Shown: positions 1-12,644 of the stretch, in pieces
Layout: the number at the start of each line of letters is the position of its first letter
Numbering within the stretch: position 1 is the stretch's first letter
Assembly (NCBI RefSeq): GCF_964204645.1
Contig: NC_134034.1
Coordinates: 12,474,962-12,538,961 of the forward strand
Direction of reading: 5' to 3'
DNA length: 64,000 nucleotides
Origin: Tubulanus polymorphus
Lineage: Eukaryota > Animalia > Nemertea
Program-made: the position numbers and the translations under genes
Notes under the pieces: generated by a model
What the model was told of the DNA's origin: nothing
The model's input: only the letters and a program-made list of their open reading frames with translations
The model's database searches: none

Positions 1-350
1 TAACGTCATCTCTTCATCATTTTAATGTGAACCAGCGTTAAAATATTGTGCTCACATTATTGAAATATCTTTACGCCCATAATCTGTTTCCATGTTGATA
101 AAGACACTTGTCTCTCCTCTTGTTAAAAAAAAACAAAATACCCAAATAGATTTGCATTTGCTAACCTGTGACTGAGAATGGCAAAGCAGATCTGGGTTGT
201 CTCAGGTACCTCCTTGGTTAGTCGTAACATGTCTGTGGCGATCATATATTTTCACAAACCACAAAGCTCATGCAATTATAAAAGCTTACCACCAATGATT
301 AGGTTACTAACTACTCCTTGGCCTCAAAGTAACTAGGTACTACAACTACG

Positions 351-610
351 CAGGATCCGATCTAAGCACATTTCTGATTGCCTGGGACAGGTATATTCTC
401 ATCAAGGCTAGTAGTTTATCATTATCACTTGTCCCCCGGGCTAGTGAAATTTAATGACACAGAGCTTTTTTTCCCACTCGATACAACGGTGAATTGTGGC
501 CACAAATTTGAATGCCTGTGTAGGGCAAGTAGCTTTTGGAGGGGGCAAGCGAAATTTCAGATGTGCTTGCCCCTCGGACAAGTGGATTTCATTCCTTAGA
601 TCTGAACCTG
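351..610. mobile_element. MITE family A (TIR cagggtccgatctaag...cttagatcggaccctg); other copies at 5402-5571, 25355-25611, 34395-34640
   Basis: Terminal inverted repeats and a high-identity internal sequence shared among dispersed copies. Confidence 0.8.
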
Positions 611-731
611 CTATGACAAATTCTGATGTAGGGAATACTCCACCAGCTTGAGATGATGAGATCTACCATACGGTCTTAGGGGGAGGCGTTGACTAGAACC
701 GATAGTAATCTTGTCTATTCTTTGTGAATAG

Positions 732-2434
732 GTTGGGAAGGTGGTGAAGAATGGATACGAGTACAATTTAAAGTGTACCTCACATCACTGATCGCGACTG
801 TAGAATATTCAGGTAAGTCCGGTTGGACCACAGATGAAAATCTTTGGGCTCTAGAAGTTATGGCTAAACTCATTTTGGTTCTCGAGTCGATTTATAAAAG
901 TGGTTTAGGCTTAAGAAAAAAATGATAACTTGTTTCTCCGCAGTTGCTGGGTCATTTTTCGGAAACCGTGATAAAATTCATTTCTATAACTGTCGGGTCT
1001 GTTATTGTGAGCTTGATCATGTTTTTAGATAAAGTGTAGTAGGTGGCCGGCCGGGTCAACTTTCAGGCTTAGCAGACGGGGAAACAAGGAATTTATTTTT
1101 TCTTAGCCTTGAAGTAGTGCTATTACTGATTTGTTGCTTTGAAGATCCGAATAACTGTCGTTTGTTTTTACAGGTGATGAGAAATTGTGCGACGAGTTTA
1201 ATACGAATTTCGTCCGCGCTTGGAAAACTACGCATAATTATAGAGTATGGAAGAGCGGGCAGCAGAAGCACGGTGATATCAGTGAAATGGACTGCGGGTA
1301 AGCATGCACCGAGGGTCTGGTTAGTTTACTAAGTCTTTCATAATCTGAATGATGGACTCACACCATTGTGAAAATGACAGAGGCGCATTTGTTTGAAATC
1401 AGTTTGTAGGAAAATCGTCTTTATTCATACTGGTTTACAAACCGGTTCACATAAACCGGCGTCTTTGTTCAGGCGTAAAACCTAAACGGTTTGCGTAAAC
1501 CAAACCGGTTTACGAGCGGTTTGCAACATCAAACTGACTTTTCCAACATGGCCGAATATGGGAATTTCCGCTGTCATCTGACTCAAACCGACTTTTCGTT
1601 CTGTCGCATTTGTTCATTCTACGGCAACCGATATAAACAGGTTTATACAATCCGATTTCAAACAAATTCGCCTCAGGTTACTGACTAGGAAGGGGCGTAC
1701 ATAGTTAATACTACAATGGAACCTCTATACAACGAACTTCCCGGGACCAGAAAAATATGTTCGTTATAACCGATAGTTTGTTATGTCCAACAGAAAACAA
1801 TCAATTTGGGCTTATTATTCGTGACGAAATTTGTTTTATGCGACGAATGATTGTATCCGAGTTGGTTATAACTAGGTTCCACTGTATCGCTTAATAGCAA
1901 GGTGCATTTTGAGTTCAGTCAATGAATTCAAATTGTTTTTATACTTCAGACATCCGTGTCGCGGTCAAATAGGTATAGGAGATATGAAACTACGCATACA
2001 ACAGTAAGTACCTGTACTGGACCCAGTTCCACAGTTGTGAGTTAAGATTTGACACTAGAGTTTACTCACAACTCACGAGTTAACTCTTACTCGCAACTGT
2101 GGAACTGTATAGAGGTCCTTATTCACCTGCTAGAAATTTCTATAAAAATTATTGTCATTTTTTTCTTTCGTTTTGAAAGTTCGATGCAGTCGACAGAAAA
2201 AGGCCGCAAAATCATGCAATCAACAGAACAAGTCGTTAATAAAACGGGGAAAGCTGTCGGTAAGCTTATAACTTAAATCCTAATGGCTTAGATCTTATGT
2301 CTCACAACTAATGACTAATGTTTTCTTATTATTCAGAAAGCGCTTTCAGTCAAGCTAAATCTACATTCAGTGGTTGGTTCAATTATTTAAAACCACAACA
2401 ACAACAAGAGACGTTGGATGAAGCAGACGAATAA
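732..2434 (+). CDS. AVL9: AVL9 (late secretory pathway protein AVL9 homolog), last five coding exons; 5' part lies upstream of the window
   Basis: GT-AG exons 732-812, 1174-1297, 1950-2003, 2180-2259 and 2337-2434 splice in frame to GWEGGEEWIRVQFKVYL...DEFNTNFVRAWKTTHNYRVW...HPCRGQIGIGDMKLRIQHSMQSTEKGRKI...TGKAVESAFSQAKSTFSGWFNYL...DEADE*. This matches the recalled AVL9 C-terminus (WEGGDEWIR, WKNTHNYRVW, HPFQGQ..DMKLR). Confidence 0.9.
1712..1886. mobile_element. Tc1/mariner-type MITE (TA|CAGTGGAACCTC...GGTTCCACTG|TA); related copy at 24596-24969
   Basis: TIRs flanked by TA; ataacgaac/gttcgttat internal motifs shared with the 24.6-kb copy. Confidence 0.7.
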
Positions 2435-3260
2435 TGTTGCTGCGGGCGATACGTCGGATAAGGCAGATGACCGTATCGACTGTCGGACTGCGGATGTTGC
2501 AGGGGCGGATCTTGGAAAATTGAAAGGCTGTCGGGGTCCAGAAAGAAGAATCCACCCCTGTTTTTTGAAATTGAATATTATTACATTCGCGATGATTTTG
2601 TCTGGTGCACTTGACACACGTTCAGCTGTGATACTCACTATATATCAATGCATATTACTGTGGGCAGGGGTTGGGTGAGGAGGGCGCTGGGTGGGGTAGG
2701 GTTGGGGTGAAGGGGGCCTGGGATAGTTAATTTGTAAATAGAATATTTACTTTGTGAATACAACCGAATGGTTTAAGGGGGCTCCTAGGTGTTATATTTC
2801 TAAAATTTCCATTTTCAAGATATTGAATTGAGTGACATTAGTATGTTGTTTATTTTAGGAGCCCCCCTAAATTTGTCATTCTGCTTTGTATGTAACGCTA
2901 TTGGAACAAAGGGGCCGGGGTAAAAAGGGTTTAAAATCGTCAACTGTTTGCTTATTCTTTCAATTACCTTCCAGGACCCAGAACTGGGTCTAAAATTCTA
3001 CTTAATCAATTATATACTAATTAAGAAATTTATTTATTTAAATCCGATTCTTTGTTTGTTGATAGTTATAATGATGTAGTTTCGAGATCTTGTTTTCTCC
3101 CTAATAGATTTTATACGCCTAACTATTGTATCACTTGAAAAACCATTCCTCACCGGATTTGAATTATTTAATAAATTATGCAAATGAATTTTGTTTCTAT
3201 CACTGAAAAATAATTGTCTGTATTTCCCTTCAAGAGGTGATTAGATTTGGGACAGGGGTA

Positions 3261-3652
3261 TTCAGTCAGCCCCCCCGATAAACTGCCCACACATCGGGGC
3301 AGAACGATTTTGGCAGTATAGCGAATGTATCAGGGGGTGTTTTACAATGTATTTGCATAAAAGTATACAGGATCATTCATTACTTACGTACGGATGAAAT
3401 TAGAATTTTTAAACCCCCCTCCCCCTCTGTACACAAAATCGGCCATTTTATCATATACATTAAGCATTACAGTACGCAATTTCACTAACCCCCTCCCCTA
3501 ATGCATACGTAATAAATGAATGACCCCTGACATGTATTAAGAAAACCTGGCAGTAGGCGGGGGTGGCAGTATATCACTGGTTGACTCCAAGGTATTTTTT
3601 TAGTCCTTTTTTGAAATATTCAATTGTGGCAGTATATCGGGGGTTGATTGTA
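3261..3652. mobile_element. MITE (cagtcagccccccgata...tatcgggggttgattg) with a nested palindromic element at 3370-3527
   Basis: Outer TIRs match those at 52185-52825. The inner element (ggatcattcat...atgaatgacccc) recurs at 24761-24923. Confidence 0.7.
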
Positions 3653-3841
3653 GCACTACTAAAGTGCTACCTTTTGGAAAAACTTTCGTCAGTCTGATCA
3701 CGATTTCTTGGTTGATCCTGTTTCCAGATTTCCAAAAAACAACCAACAAACATGAGAACTCAGTTTTTTAAATCAACCATAAATATCTTCTCTTATTTTT
3801 TACACAAAATAAAAATCTACACAAAATAAATGCTTCAAGAA

Positions 3842-6800
3842 TCACACTTCAGGTGGCGCCACTTTATATTCCTCGTCGGTCTCGATACCGATTTCTTCCT
3901 GGAAAATATAAACCAACAAAACAGTTAAAGAGATTGATAGACATGATGAGGCATTGAGCTCATCAGCAGCCATTGACAGATTCCCTGAATAAATCTGAAG
4001 AATTTCTATTAAAATGTTATAATTCATTCATCTTTTTATGAATTATGTAGTGATGTAAGAAAAGTGTGGTAACTCATATCCAGATCCCCTGAATTTTCCA
4101 TTTTCCCTACGAGGGTATCAGTGATGGTGTCTTTGAGTTAGTCAAACGATGAGTGTATATCTAGTCATGGGTGCATTCGATGTAACATGAACCAGACAAC
4201 CACACATCACTCGACTACCCTCTAGAGGGCGCAGGGAGGACGAGTGAGAGCTCAGCTCGTCCTGGGGAAGGGGTAACACTATTGAGAACCAGGTAACAGT
4301 AAACTATCATACTAGAAATCCTTGTAATGAGTTGACTGGTCTCAAACAGCCAGGGATGAGTGTTCATCTAGTCATGACTAACTAAACATGGACTGAAATA
4401 GACGCTCATCAAAAGCCATCAGACATAGAAGGGATGGATTGAGAAATAGAGGTAAACCAGGGCTGGATGGAGAGATAGTTAAACCAGGGCTGAATGGAGA
4501 GAGATACAGTTAAACCAGGGATGAGTGTTCATCTAGTCATGAAACATTTATCAACATGGACTACGAATAACACACATCAACAGTGAAACTGCTGAGTGTC
4601 GCAGGTGTCAGCAGTGAGTGTTGTATGAGTCGGTGGGGAGTGTCGTAGGTGTCAGTGGTGAGTATACCTCTAGTCATGATTAAGTAATATTTAACATTAT
4701 CTAGAAATATAAACACAACCTCCACACGACTGCTTTATTTCAGGCTCCGCTCAGGCTGGTCCTCTCTCCTCACTGGCTTGTCCTCTCTCCTCACAGGCTG
4801 GTCAGGCTGCTGCTGCTGCTTTCTCGTGTCACAATGCGATTGTCTCGATACGGTCTGGATGAGTGTAACTCTAGTCATGATATCAATATTCGACATGGAC
4901 AAGAGAAACAACCATCAAAACAGAATCAGTAATATTACTCTACAGCAAACTCTGACCACCTTGCACTATTCAACCACTCTGTCCAACTAGGAGCAATTCT
5001 TCATATCCAAGTGTGGCTAATACATTTATCTACACAGACAGAGCTTATGTTGCACCCATAGCAGTAATTACTGTGTACACATCACAGTTAATCTAAGGCA
5101 GGATTAGACTGTCTAACACTTCATTAACGCGTTATTATAGCAAGTGATTTCATCCATTGTCAAATCATAAATCAAAGAAAGGAACCAAACCAACTGTGAA
5201 ATGGGTGTTGTATTCATTGTACTCTAACACAAGCTGACTGACACTTTAATTATCCACTTATCAATTAGTCACTAACTACTCATAATTGATCTAATAATCA
5301 CACACACACTAACTATAGTGTACTAACTATTACTTTTAATTGCGATAACAGTTTGACACTCGGATACCAATTCAGTTTCTGAGTCAAGAATACCCCCCTC
5401 CCAGGGTCCAACCACTTGCCCGGGGCAGGACTATATTAAATTCACTTGATCCCCCAAAAAGATTTTGGATTTAAAAATACACCTGCCCGGTGGACAAGCG
5501 AAAATGACCAACTTACTCAAATGAGAATAAACTTATACCGGGCAATTGGACAATGCTTAGATCGGACCCTGCGGCCCTATATCATCAGTAATACTTACGT
5601 AAAGTTGTTTTTTAGTTTTAGGGTAACCTTCTAATATCGCGTTGAGGATATCATTCGCGAGACGTTTTCGTTTCTTCCAGATTTTCACGTAATTCGCTCG
5701 TTGAGTCATGACTTCTTCGCGCTCTTCGGGAGTCACTAAATCGCCGGAGTCTTTTATCACTTTCAATTTCGTCTCCTTACTGTTTATCTATAATTATAGA
5801 ATCATCAGAATTAACAAACAATGATGTTTAAGAGTGGGATCTACAGTTTCACAGTTCAGGATCCAATCATTGCGGGAATCAACCCATTTAGTCTTCTGAC
5901 GGATGATTGTGAAACTAATATGACTGCTGCGTAGACGGCAAGTTCATTTTCGAGGGATTAACCTCTTCACTACCACAGATAATGTAACGTACCTCACCAG
6001 AATTCGAACCCAATTGCATCATTCAATTCTCATAAATTCGGTATTAGAGGAACTAATCCTCCATCTATGAGTAAAAATTTGAACTAAATAGAGGCAGACA
6101 AGCACATAGTACGGCTATACGCCGGCAGTGTAATGACTCACCTCGCCAGCGATTGCAGTAAACGCACATATCTGTGACGTAAATATACATCATGCATGGT
6201 GAGATTAGGTCATTATTTGCGATGTAAATATACGTCACAAGTGGTAATGAAGGGTTTAGCGAAATTTCATCCACGGGCAAGTGGCGTTTTGATCGAACCC
6301 TTTAGAGCGGTATTCCGTTTACCTGTTGTTCTAACTGTTTACACTGAGCGATCGCCTCCTCGGTGCCGATAGCGCTCGACAACGATTTCAACTCGCTGTC
6401 CATCTTTTTACACGCGTCGTGATAATCTCGTAAATTAGACGACATCTCGACGATCTCCTGGTCCATCTTCTTAATCTCGGCATCGTCGACATCGGCGAAC
6501 TGACTCTACAAACACAGCACACGTCAGATTTACAGTTTTAAGTCTTAAAACTAACTATCATGGTTCCCACAGTCTAGATGAATTCAATATTCCCAAGTAT
6601 TTCATGGGTGATTTTTCAATTTTCCCAAATGGAAATGAACACATATCGTCATGCAACAGTCAACATTTTTGCGGTGACTGGTTGATTAAGGTGATTTTCA
6701 AGGGAAATTGCTGAAGAAAATTGCCCTTGGCAAATGCAATATGTGAAATGTAATGAATTTCCCAAATATTTCCCTGATTTGAGGAAATTTTTTTCAAATT

Positions 6801-8229
6801 CCCAAATATTTCCAAACTATTATTTCCAGATTTCCAAGTTTTTCCCAATTTCCCTGTTCTGTGGGAACCATGTATAATCCTGTTTAAGTTTCTCGATATT
6901 TATTCCCGACGATGTGAGGCGTGTCTCGTACCTGATCAACGACGTAGACTTTTTGTTTCCCGTAAAGTTTCTCCCGGACTTTTCCCTCCTGCGTCAACTG
7001 TTCGCATGATTTCACCACTTGCTTAAACAGAAAATGTCAACTTACTTACAACAAGGTTCCTACAATTCCTGGTATCCAGAATTCAAAGACTTTTCAAGGA
7101 GTAATTTTCAAAATTCAAGGAGGTTTACGCGGTCATATATAAGGAAAAAAAGTCGAAAATACAAAAACAAAATCCATGTTTTTCTCAAATTTTGATCAGT
7201 TGTTGTGTGTGCCGTTTTGGTTTTACATGTTTAAAATCTCTAAGTGAAACAACTTTCACTCACAAGTCACACAATGAAGAACAATAGAATACACTGTCTT
7301 CTGAAAAGCACCTTTTGAAAGTTTTTAATAGGACTTTCCCAGAATTTAAGGAGTTTCAAGGAGTTTATGGATATTTCTCAAAATTAAAGGATTTTCAAGG
7401 ACCTTGAAAAATATATTCAAAAATCAAGGAGTTTTCAAGGATTCAAGGAGTTGTAGGGACCCTGTACAATTAATCTTTCGAGTCTGGTGCTGCCAGTTCT
7501 AGAGTAGAGTAGATCTAAAAAAGTTAGATTTGAATCTGTAGGTTAAGTTTGAAAGTTCAATTCAAGTCAGATCAGATCATTAGAAGTACACAAGTCCAAG
7601 ATCTTATTTAACTTAACTCTTTGGAGAACTTCAAAAACCCCGTTTGAACTTTGTTTTTTAAATTACGATTAACAACATATTTAGAAAAAAAACATAACCA
7701 AGAAGTTCTCACTCATTCACATAATAAGCCCGGTAATTCGAATATAGGTCAACAGAACTCATTTTCAAACTCTCCAACGACTTTGTGAACGTTTTCTAAA
7801 ACAAACAATTTGCTGCTTTAAAGATTATTAACCCTTTCAACTCAAAATCATCAAAATAAACTCATTTTCCCTTTTTCTGTGTAAATCGTTGATACGTACA
7901 GTTTTGCCATATTCTTTATGAAGGTTGCTGAATATGTCGATGGCGCTGTAAGGTCGATTCTGTCTGATCAAATATTCCAGCACGGCTTTAGTAGCTGCGA
8001 AATTAAAACAAGCAAACAATCAGCAGCCGTTAAAGGGTTAATTAAACTCCCGGGCAACAGGTACCCGTCCGTGTGACGTCATTACTCATTCATAAACTTT
8101 CCCGAGATATTTACATAAACTTTACGCCGAATTTAGCGGCGCATTCCACCGTTAAAATAACCCGATAAATTGAATAGAAGTTCTTAAAAACTATATTCGC
8201 CTACCTGACGCTTCTTTGCCCTTACTCAT
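3842..8229 (-). CDS. PSMC3IP: Homologous-pairing protein 2 (HOP2/TBPIP), meiotic recombination factor, 6 exons
   Basis: Minus-strand exons 8229-8205, 7994-7900, 7021-6932, 6505-6323, 5787-5599 and 3898-3842, all GT-AG. They give MSKGKEASATKAVLEYLIRQNRPYSAIDIFSNLHKEYGKTQVVK...KLYGKQKVYVVDQ...WKKRKRLANDILNAILEGYPKTKKQLYEEIGIETDE..*, carrying HOP2 signature motifs (NRPYS, YGKQKVY, WKKRKR, ILEGYPK, GIETDE). Confidence 0.95.
4146..4208 (-). ncRNA. mir-279: pre-miRNA, miR-279 family (copy at 4.15 kb)
   Basis: Predicted 3p arm 4167->4146 is UGACUAGAUAUACACUCAUCGU, with seed GACUAGA and close to the recalled miR-279 UGACUAGAUCCACACUCAUCCA. A complementary arm runs to ~4208 and there is a lower stem (tagtc/gacta). 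Confidence 0.8.
4353..4410 (-). ncRNA. mir-279: pre-miRNA, miR-279 family (copy at 4.35 kb)
   Basis: Minus strand reads GAUGAGCGUCUAUUUCAGUCCAUG-loop-UGACUAGAUGAACACUCAUCCC. The flanks pair with G:U wobbles on the minus strand. Confidence 0.85.
4518..4578 (-). ncRNA. mir-279: pre-miRNA, miR-279 family (copy at 4.52 kb)
   Basis: 3p arm UGACUAGAUGAACACUCAUCCC is identical to the 4353 copy, but the loop and 5p arm differ. Lower stem cagtt/aactg. Confidence 0.85.
4655..4720 (-). ncRNA. mir-279: pre-miRNA, miR-279 family (most diverged copy)
   Basis: 3p arm UGACUAGAGGUAUACUCACCAC with a complementary arm (..tctagaaatataaacacaacc on +) and lower stem gtcgt/acgac. Confidence 0.7.
4856..4916 (-). 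ncRNA. mir-279: pre-miRNA, miR-279 family (copy at 4.86 kb)
   Basis: 3p arm UGACUAGAGUUACACUCAUCCA; 5p arm GAUGGUUGUUUCUCUUGUCCAUG. Confidence 0.82.
6559..6872. mobile_element. MITE family B (TIR catggttcccacag); inverted copy at 33787-34081
   Basis: 14-bp TIR; the internal sequence is a close reverse complement of 33787-34081. Confidence 0.85.
7052..7464. mobile_element. MITE-like element with ttcaagga subrepeats
   Basis: Imperfect TIR caaggttcctacaattcc / ggagttgtagggaccctg. Confidence 0.55.
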
Positions 8230-8289
8230 AGTCGAATAGGCGCTAGGTTCATCTCAGAAAACAACGACATAAAACTTCTCAAACTTTCA

Positions 8290-8580
8290 ATCCACTCCGC
8301 CATTCCCGCACTATCGATCTAACGCGGCCGTTGATTGGTCGAAATACCCGCAGCGTCTATTGGTCTATTTCCCGCGCGGTCGATGTAACACCGGTTCCCA
8401 TTGGTAGACAATTCCCGTTAGGTGGCAGCACGTTTTGTTTAACTCGCTTACCGCAGACAAATTTAAGGAGAGTGAGGTGGAAGCACTGTACGGTACTCAC
8501 CTGCCAGGGCAACCGTATCTGCGTGACAGGGTATGACGCCGTAAATGCCAGGTCAAGGTCGGAGTCGCTAGAAGTAATTG
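8290..8580. promoter_or_regulatory. Putative promoter of HOP2, possibly bidirectional with TMEM198
   Basis: CpG-richer stretch upstream of the HOP2 ATG with three ATTGG (CCAAT box) motifs at 8334, 8359 and 8400, a CTCF-like ccgttaggtggcagca at ~8415-8430, and a possible + strand donor (gaa|gtaatt) at 8574. Confidence 0.5.
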
Positions 8581-10228
8581 TAACATGAAAATTGATGCCT
8601 TACTATCTGCTGAAAAGTTTACCTACCTTTCCTAAATTTTTCCAATCACATTCAATAATTCGAAAAAAGGAATATTTTTAGAGAAGAAATATAAATGTTA
8701 AAACGAAAAGGCTCTGAATAAGTTAGCACAACTACCACAAAAAAAGAATTTTAATTCGTTTTTGAACGACCTCGTCGTTCCACTATATACAAGATATATT
8801 TATTATTTTTCTCAAGTCCTCTCCGGGCATCACTGGCTCCGGATCCAATGATGCCATTTCAAACTCACAACTGCATACTGATGAGCTCTCTGACAGTCTA
8901 GTGATGCTGTGAAATGCGGATAATACGGATTATATCAGGAATATGTTTGAATCTCTGCTGAATTTTGGGAATAATACAGGAGGAGTCGACAGCAGAGACA
9001 GAGACAGGGTCGGACAGAAGAAGGAGAGAGAACAGGTGGTAAGTGAAGCATCCGAATTTCTCGCTTGTCGATTCGCTTGTCCGTCCTGCAGTTTTTTGTT
9101 TGTTTGACATCATCGATGACAATAACAACATTAGAGGAGTATGAGTAATGTATCGAATCAGCACAAGATCTATATGTCAACTGAAAATCAATTCCTTTCT
9201 ATCTATCTTTCTTGACTTTCTTGATGTTATTTTTTGGTTGCAGCCGCGTCCTTCAGGTCAGCAGGTCCTGCTGCCAAAAAAAACCGACCACGTCCACTAA
9301 TATTATTAATATCATTTTTGCCTTGTACGTCTTTGGAAGTTATCGTCAATGGGTGGAAGTGTACAGGGGATAGATAGGGGAAGGGCATTATGGGCAGAAT
9401 TAGGAACATGATGGAAATGGAAAATGTTCCAAAAAAGGAAGATATTTTTGTAATACAACAGCCTTGCCGAAGGCCACAAGAAGCTTTCTTCAGCGTTAGC
9501 ACGTATATAGAAATAAATGGAAAAAAGATTACAATTTTCTAGAAGATGATGTTAAATGTGCAGGTTTTAAGTCAATATGTCTTAATAAGGCATCATCAAC
9601 CGCGGGGATAGGAGGGTCGGGACCTCCAAACTATACTCCTACCCTACGGAAAACTGCCGCAGTCCCAAGATAATAACGACAAATTCATTATTGTTGAAGA
9701 TAACAAAAAGGATAGGCCTACAGTGCCGAAACCTTGAATAAGATACTAGCTTGAGGAAATGTTTGTCCTTTTCAGAATGTTTATTATGTTTCAACTAAAG
9801 ATTATTTATAGGAAGCTCTTTTGTTTCTTATCATCAAATTGTCAGTTTTCCTATTGATAGTCGTATGTCTGACAGTGTGACGCAGGGCATGATGAAATCA
9901 GTTAGAAAAATGCTACCCTGGCTAGAATTAATAACTAAACACTATAGACAGGTACCTGGATTAAACAGTATGTTACTGTTTGACTATATGCTGTTCTATG
10001 CTGAGGGTTTATTTACGGCGTCAAAAAATTGATTTATTATCTGTGTTTACTAGGAAATAAAGAAAAAAATGCGTTTATTTGTTCGTGGTGACGTAGATTA
10101 CGAAAAATGTCGAGCCGCTTAGAGACATTTTCAACCAGTTTCCTCGGATAGACCGAGAGAAGCACTCGGAAAAAGGGGAATCCATTTCTAATGAGTTCTT
10201 GGATAAAAGTCATTGAGTTTTGGTACGC

Positions 10229-10545
10229 GGTAATAATGCCAGAAGTAAAAATGTCAGAGGTAAAAATGCCAGGGGTGTAAAAATGCCAGAGGTAAAATGT
10301 GCATTCATTACGTAAAATCTAGTGAAAATAAGAATTTTCAGGTCCAATGATAATAAAATCTTCACTTAATTTTCCTCATATTTCCTTCTGGCATTTTTAC
10401 ATATGGTATGATTTTTCCTCTGGCATTTTTACTTCTGGCATTTTAACCTCTGGCATTTTTACCTATGGTATGATTTTTCCTCCGGCATTTTCACTTCTGG
10501 CATTATTACCGTACCTATGGCATTTTTACTTCTGGCATTATTACC
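10229..10545. mobile_element. Foldback/MITE with subterminal repeats (ggtaataatgccagaagtaaaaatg / catttttacttctggcattattacc)
   Basis: Long inverted termini with repeated tgccagag/ctctggca units. Confidence 0.65.
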
Positions 10546-11024
10546 TGGATTCTTGAGTTTTCTGTGATGTTCGATAGGTTTTCCTACCCTTTAAATTAGG
10601 TGACGGTCTCTTTGCTCGGCACCAGACCCGAGACCAATCCCTACTTGACGTAGATACCCGATTTCCAGTACCCAGGTCAATTGCTCTCAAGTTTGGTGAG
10701 GCAATTCCCCTGATTCTGAACTCAGTGAAATATTTTCTGCAGTCTCAACGCGATGGAGTATTAAGGCGCAAGAAGCCGGCTGCAATTTTGTTCCAGGTAG
10801 AATTGTAGTCGTTTCGAAGGAACTAAAAGGTCATTATGATACTAGCTGTATATTAAGTACCGCTGAAAGGTTATCTCACGATAGATAAAATGAATCCATG
10901 CCTAATATTTATGGATATATCTGGAACATGGTGGATATTCTTCATCATTCTACTCAACAACAGTTCACTTTGTTCCTCGTAGCTGATCTTTCAGTTTTAA
11001 ACCCATTTCTGTAGTAGGCTTATC

Positions 11025-11317
11025 GCCGCGATCACACGGAGACGATTTGATCCGTGCCAATTTGGCCCGGGCCTAATTAGAGAGCGCATTCACACGCAAA
11101 CCATGCACTCGATACTAAAAATGCTCAAAGTGGAGTGGATAATTTCCGGTACCAGTTGCAATTCAAACGCAATCATTAGTCTGGGCCTGGTCCGACGTTT
11201 TTGGTTGGGCCAAATTTGGCCCAGGCCAAATAGGCTCGGGCTCATTTGGCACCCGTGTGAACAGTTGATCCGGGCCAAATTTGGCCCCGGGGCCAAAAGT
11301 GCTCGTGTGATCGCGGC
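11025..11317. mobile_element. MITE (TIR gccgcgatcacacg)
   Basis: Perfect 14-bp inverted termini and ggccaaatttggccc internal palindromes. Confidence 0.65.
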
Positions 11318-11607
11318 TTACGTCTCACGGTAAAGACTGTGGATTATTACTGGTGACATAAAAGGTTTGTGTTTTGGTTTAGAGGTGTGTTGGTATGGCT
11401 GGTGATAAGAGGTTTTTGTTTTGGTTTACTAAGGCTAGGCTGTATTTCTTCTATAATTGCGTCGATATTGGTAATAACACTTCAGGCATACTGACAGCTG
11501 GTTACATATACATATCTACAAACACTGCACGTCTAAATATTCATATCAATATGAATGATTATTATTGTATCCTGGCGTGGAGAGTGGGGGCTATCTGTCC
11601 GTCATTC

Positions 11608-11719
11608 AGGGGCTGATTTTATAGACTGGTGTTATTTTTAATTCGGGGTTAACTAAATTGAAAATGAATTTAGTTTACCCCTGGGTTAAAAGTTAACACC
11701 AGCCTATAAAACCAGCCCC
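11608..11719. mobile_element. Short palindromic MITE (ggggc..ttttatagac...tataaaacc.gcccc); related copy at 58449-58560
   Basis: Inverted termini and a second dispersed copy. Confidence 0.65.
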
Positions 11720-12313
11720 TGAACTATCTATCATACTACATGAAAGTGCGGCCCAACTATCCAAAGGCCTAATACAACCGTCTCGGGGGCCCGGTTTCGT
11801 GGGCGGGAGTGGGCACCCTCGGCTCGTTTCAAATTCATTCCGTTTATAACATACGGGCTTGCTTTCGTTGGAACATGTTTTTTGAAAGAAAACAAATTAG
11901 AGAACTATTTTGTTTAATTTATTCATCCAGAAATGGTTTCAGTAAATTAAAATTTTGAAGTCAAGTGATCGATGTTGAATTATTTCAGAGTTTCGTTGAG
12001 GTGTTGAGTGTATTATATATAACTGCGTTGAGAATTTGCTGAAACGGTTTCTCTTTAGTTTGAAGGGAAATTGAATATTATCGGCGTTGCAGTTGTTGTG
12101 AAGTGAAGTGGTTTTGTTTTTACATTCCACAATCCACACTGATGCACAGTCTGTGTAATACTGACTGGTGTGTGGTTATACTAACGAGTAGGAGGTATTT
12201 CACTCAAATATCCTCCTCACCGCAGCTAATTCTCTTACAGAAACTAATATCTTCTGAATTTGATGGAAAAGATGCCTGAACCAGCTGGCCTTAACCACTG
12301 GCACTTAAAGTGT

Positions 12314-12644
12314 TCTCTGAAAATGGTTTACTGTCCCCTGATTGTCAGGAACAGTCTCTGAAAATGGTTTACTGTTCCCTGATTGTCGGGAACAGTCTCA
12401 GAAAATGGTTTACTGCCCCCTGATTGTCGGCAACAGTCTCTGAAAATGGTTTACTGTCCCCTGATTGTCGGGAACAGTCTCTGAAAATGGTTAACTGTCC
12501 CCTGATTGTCAGGAACAGTCTCAGAAAATGGTTTACTGTCCCCTGATTATCGGCAACAGTCTCTGAAAATGGTTTACTGTCCCCTGATTGTCAGGACAGT
12601 CTCTGAAAATGGTTTACTGTCCCCTGATTGTCAGGAAAAGTCTC
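12314..12644. repeat. 41-bp minisatellite, ~8 copies
   Basis: Unit aaatggtttactgtcccctgattgtcaggaacagtctctga. Confidence 0.9.

Noticed and set aside
3953-3989. C/D box snoRNA (ATGATGA...CTGA)
   Set aside because: Only ~37 nt and antisense to the host intron.
8878-8920. Hammerhead ribozyme (CTGATGAG...GAAA)
   Set aside because: No stem II pairing or cleavage-site helix could be built.
8800-12300. Possible decayed gene or LINE remnant between HOP2 and TMEM198
   Set aside because: No recognisable protein motifs in the frames I tried; needs tblastx or RepeatMasker.
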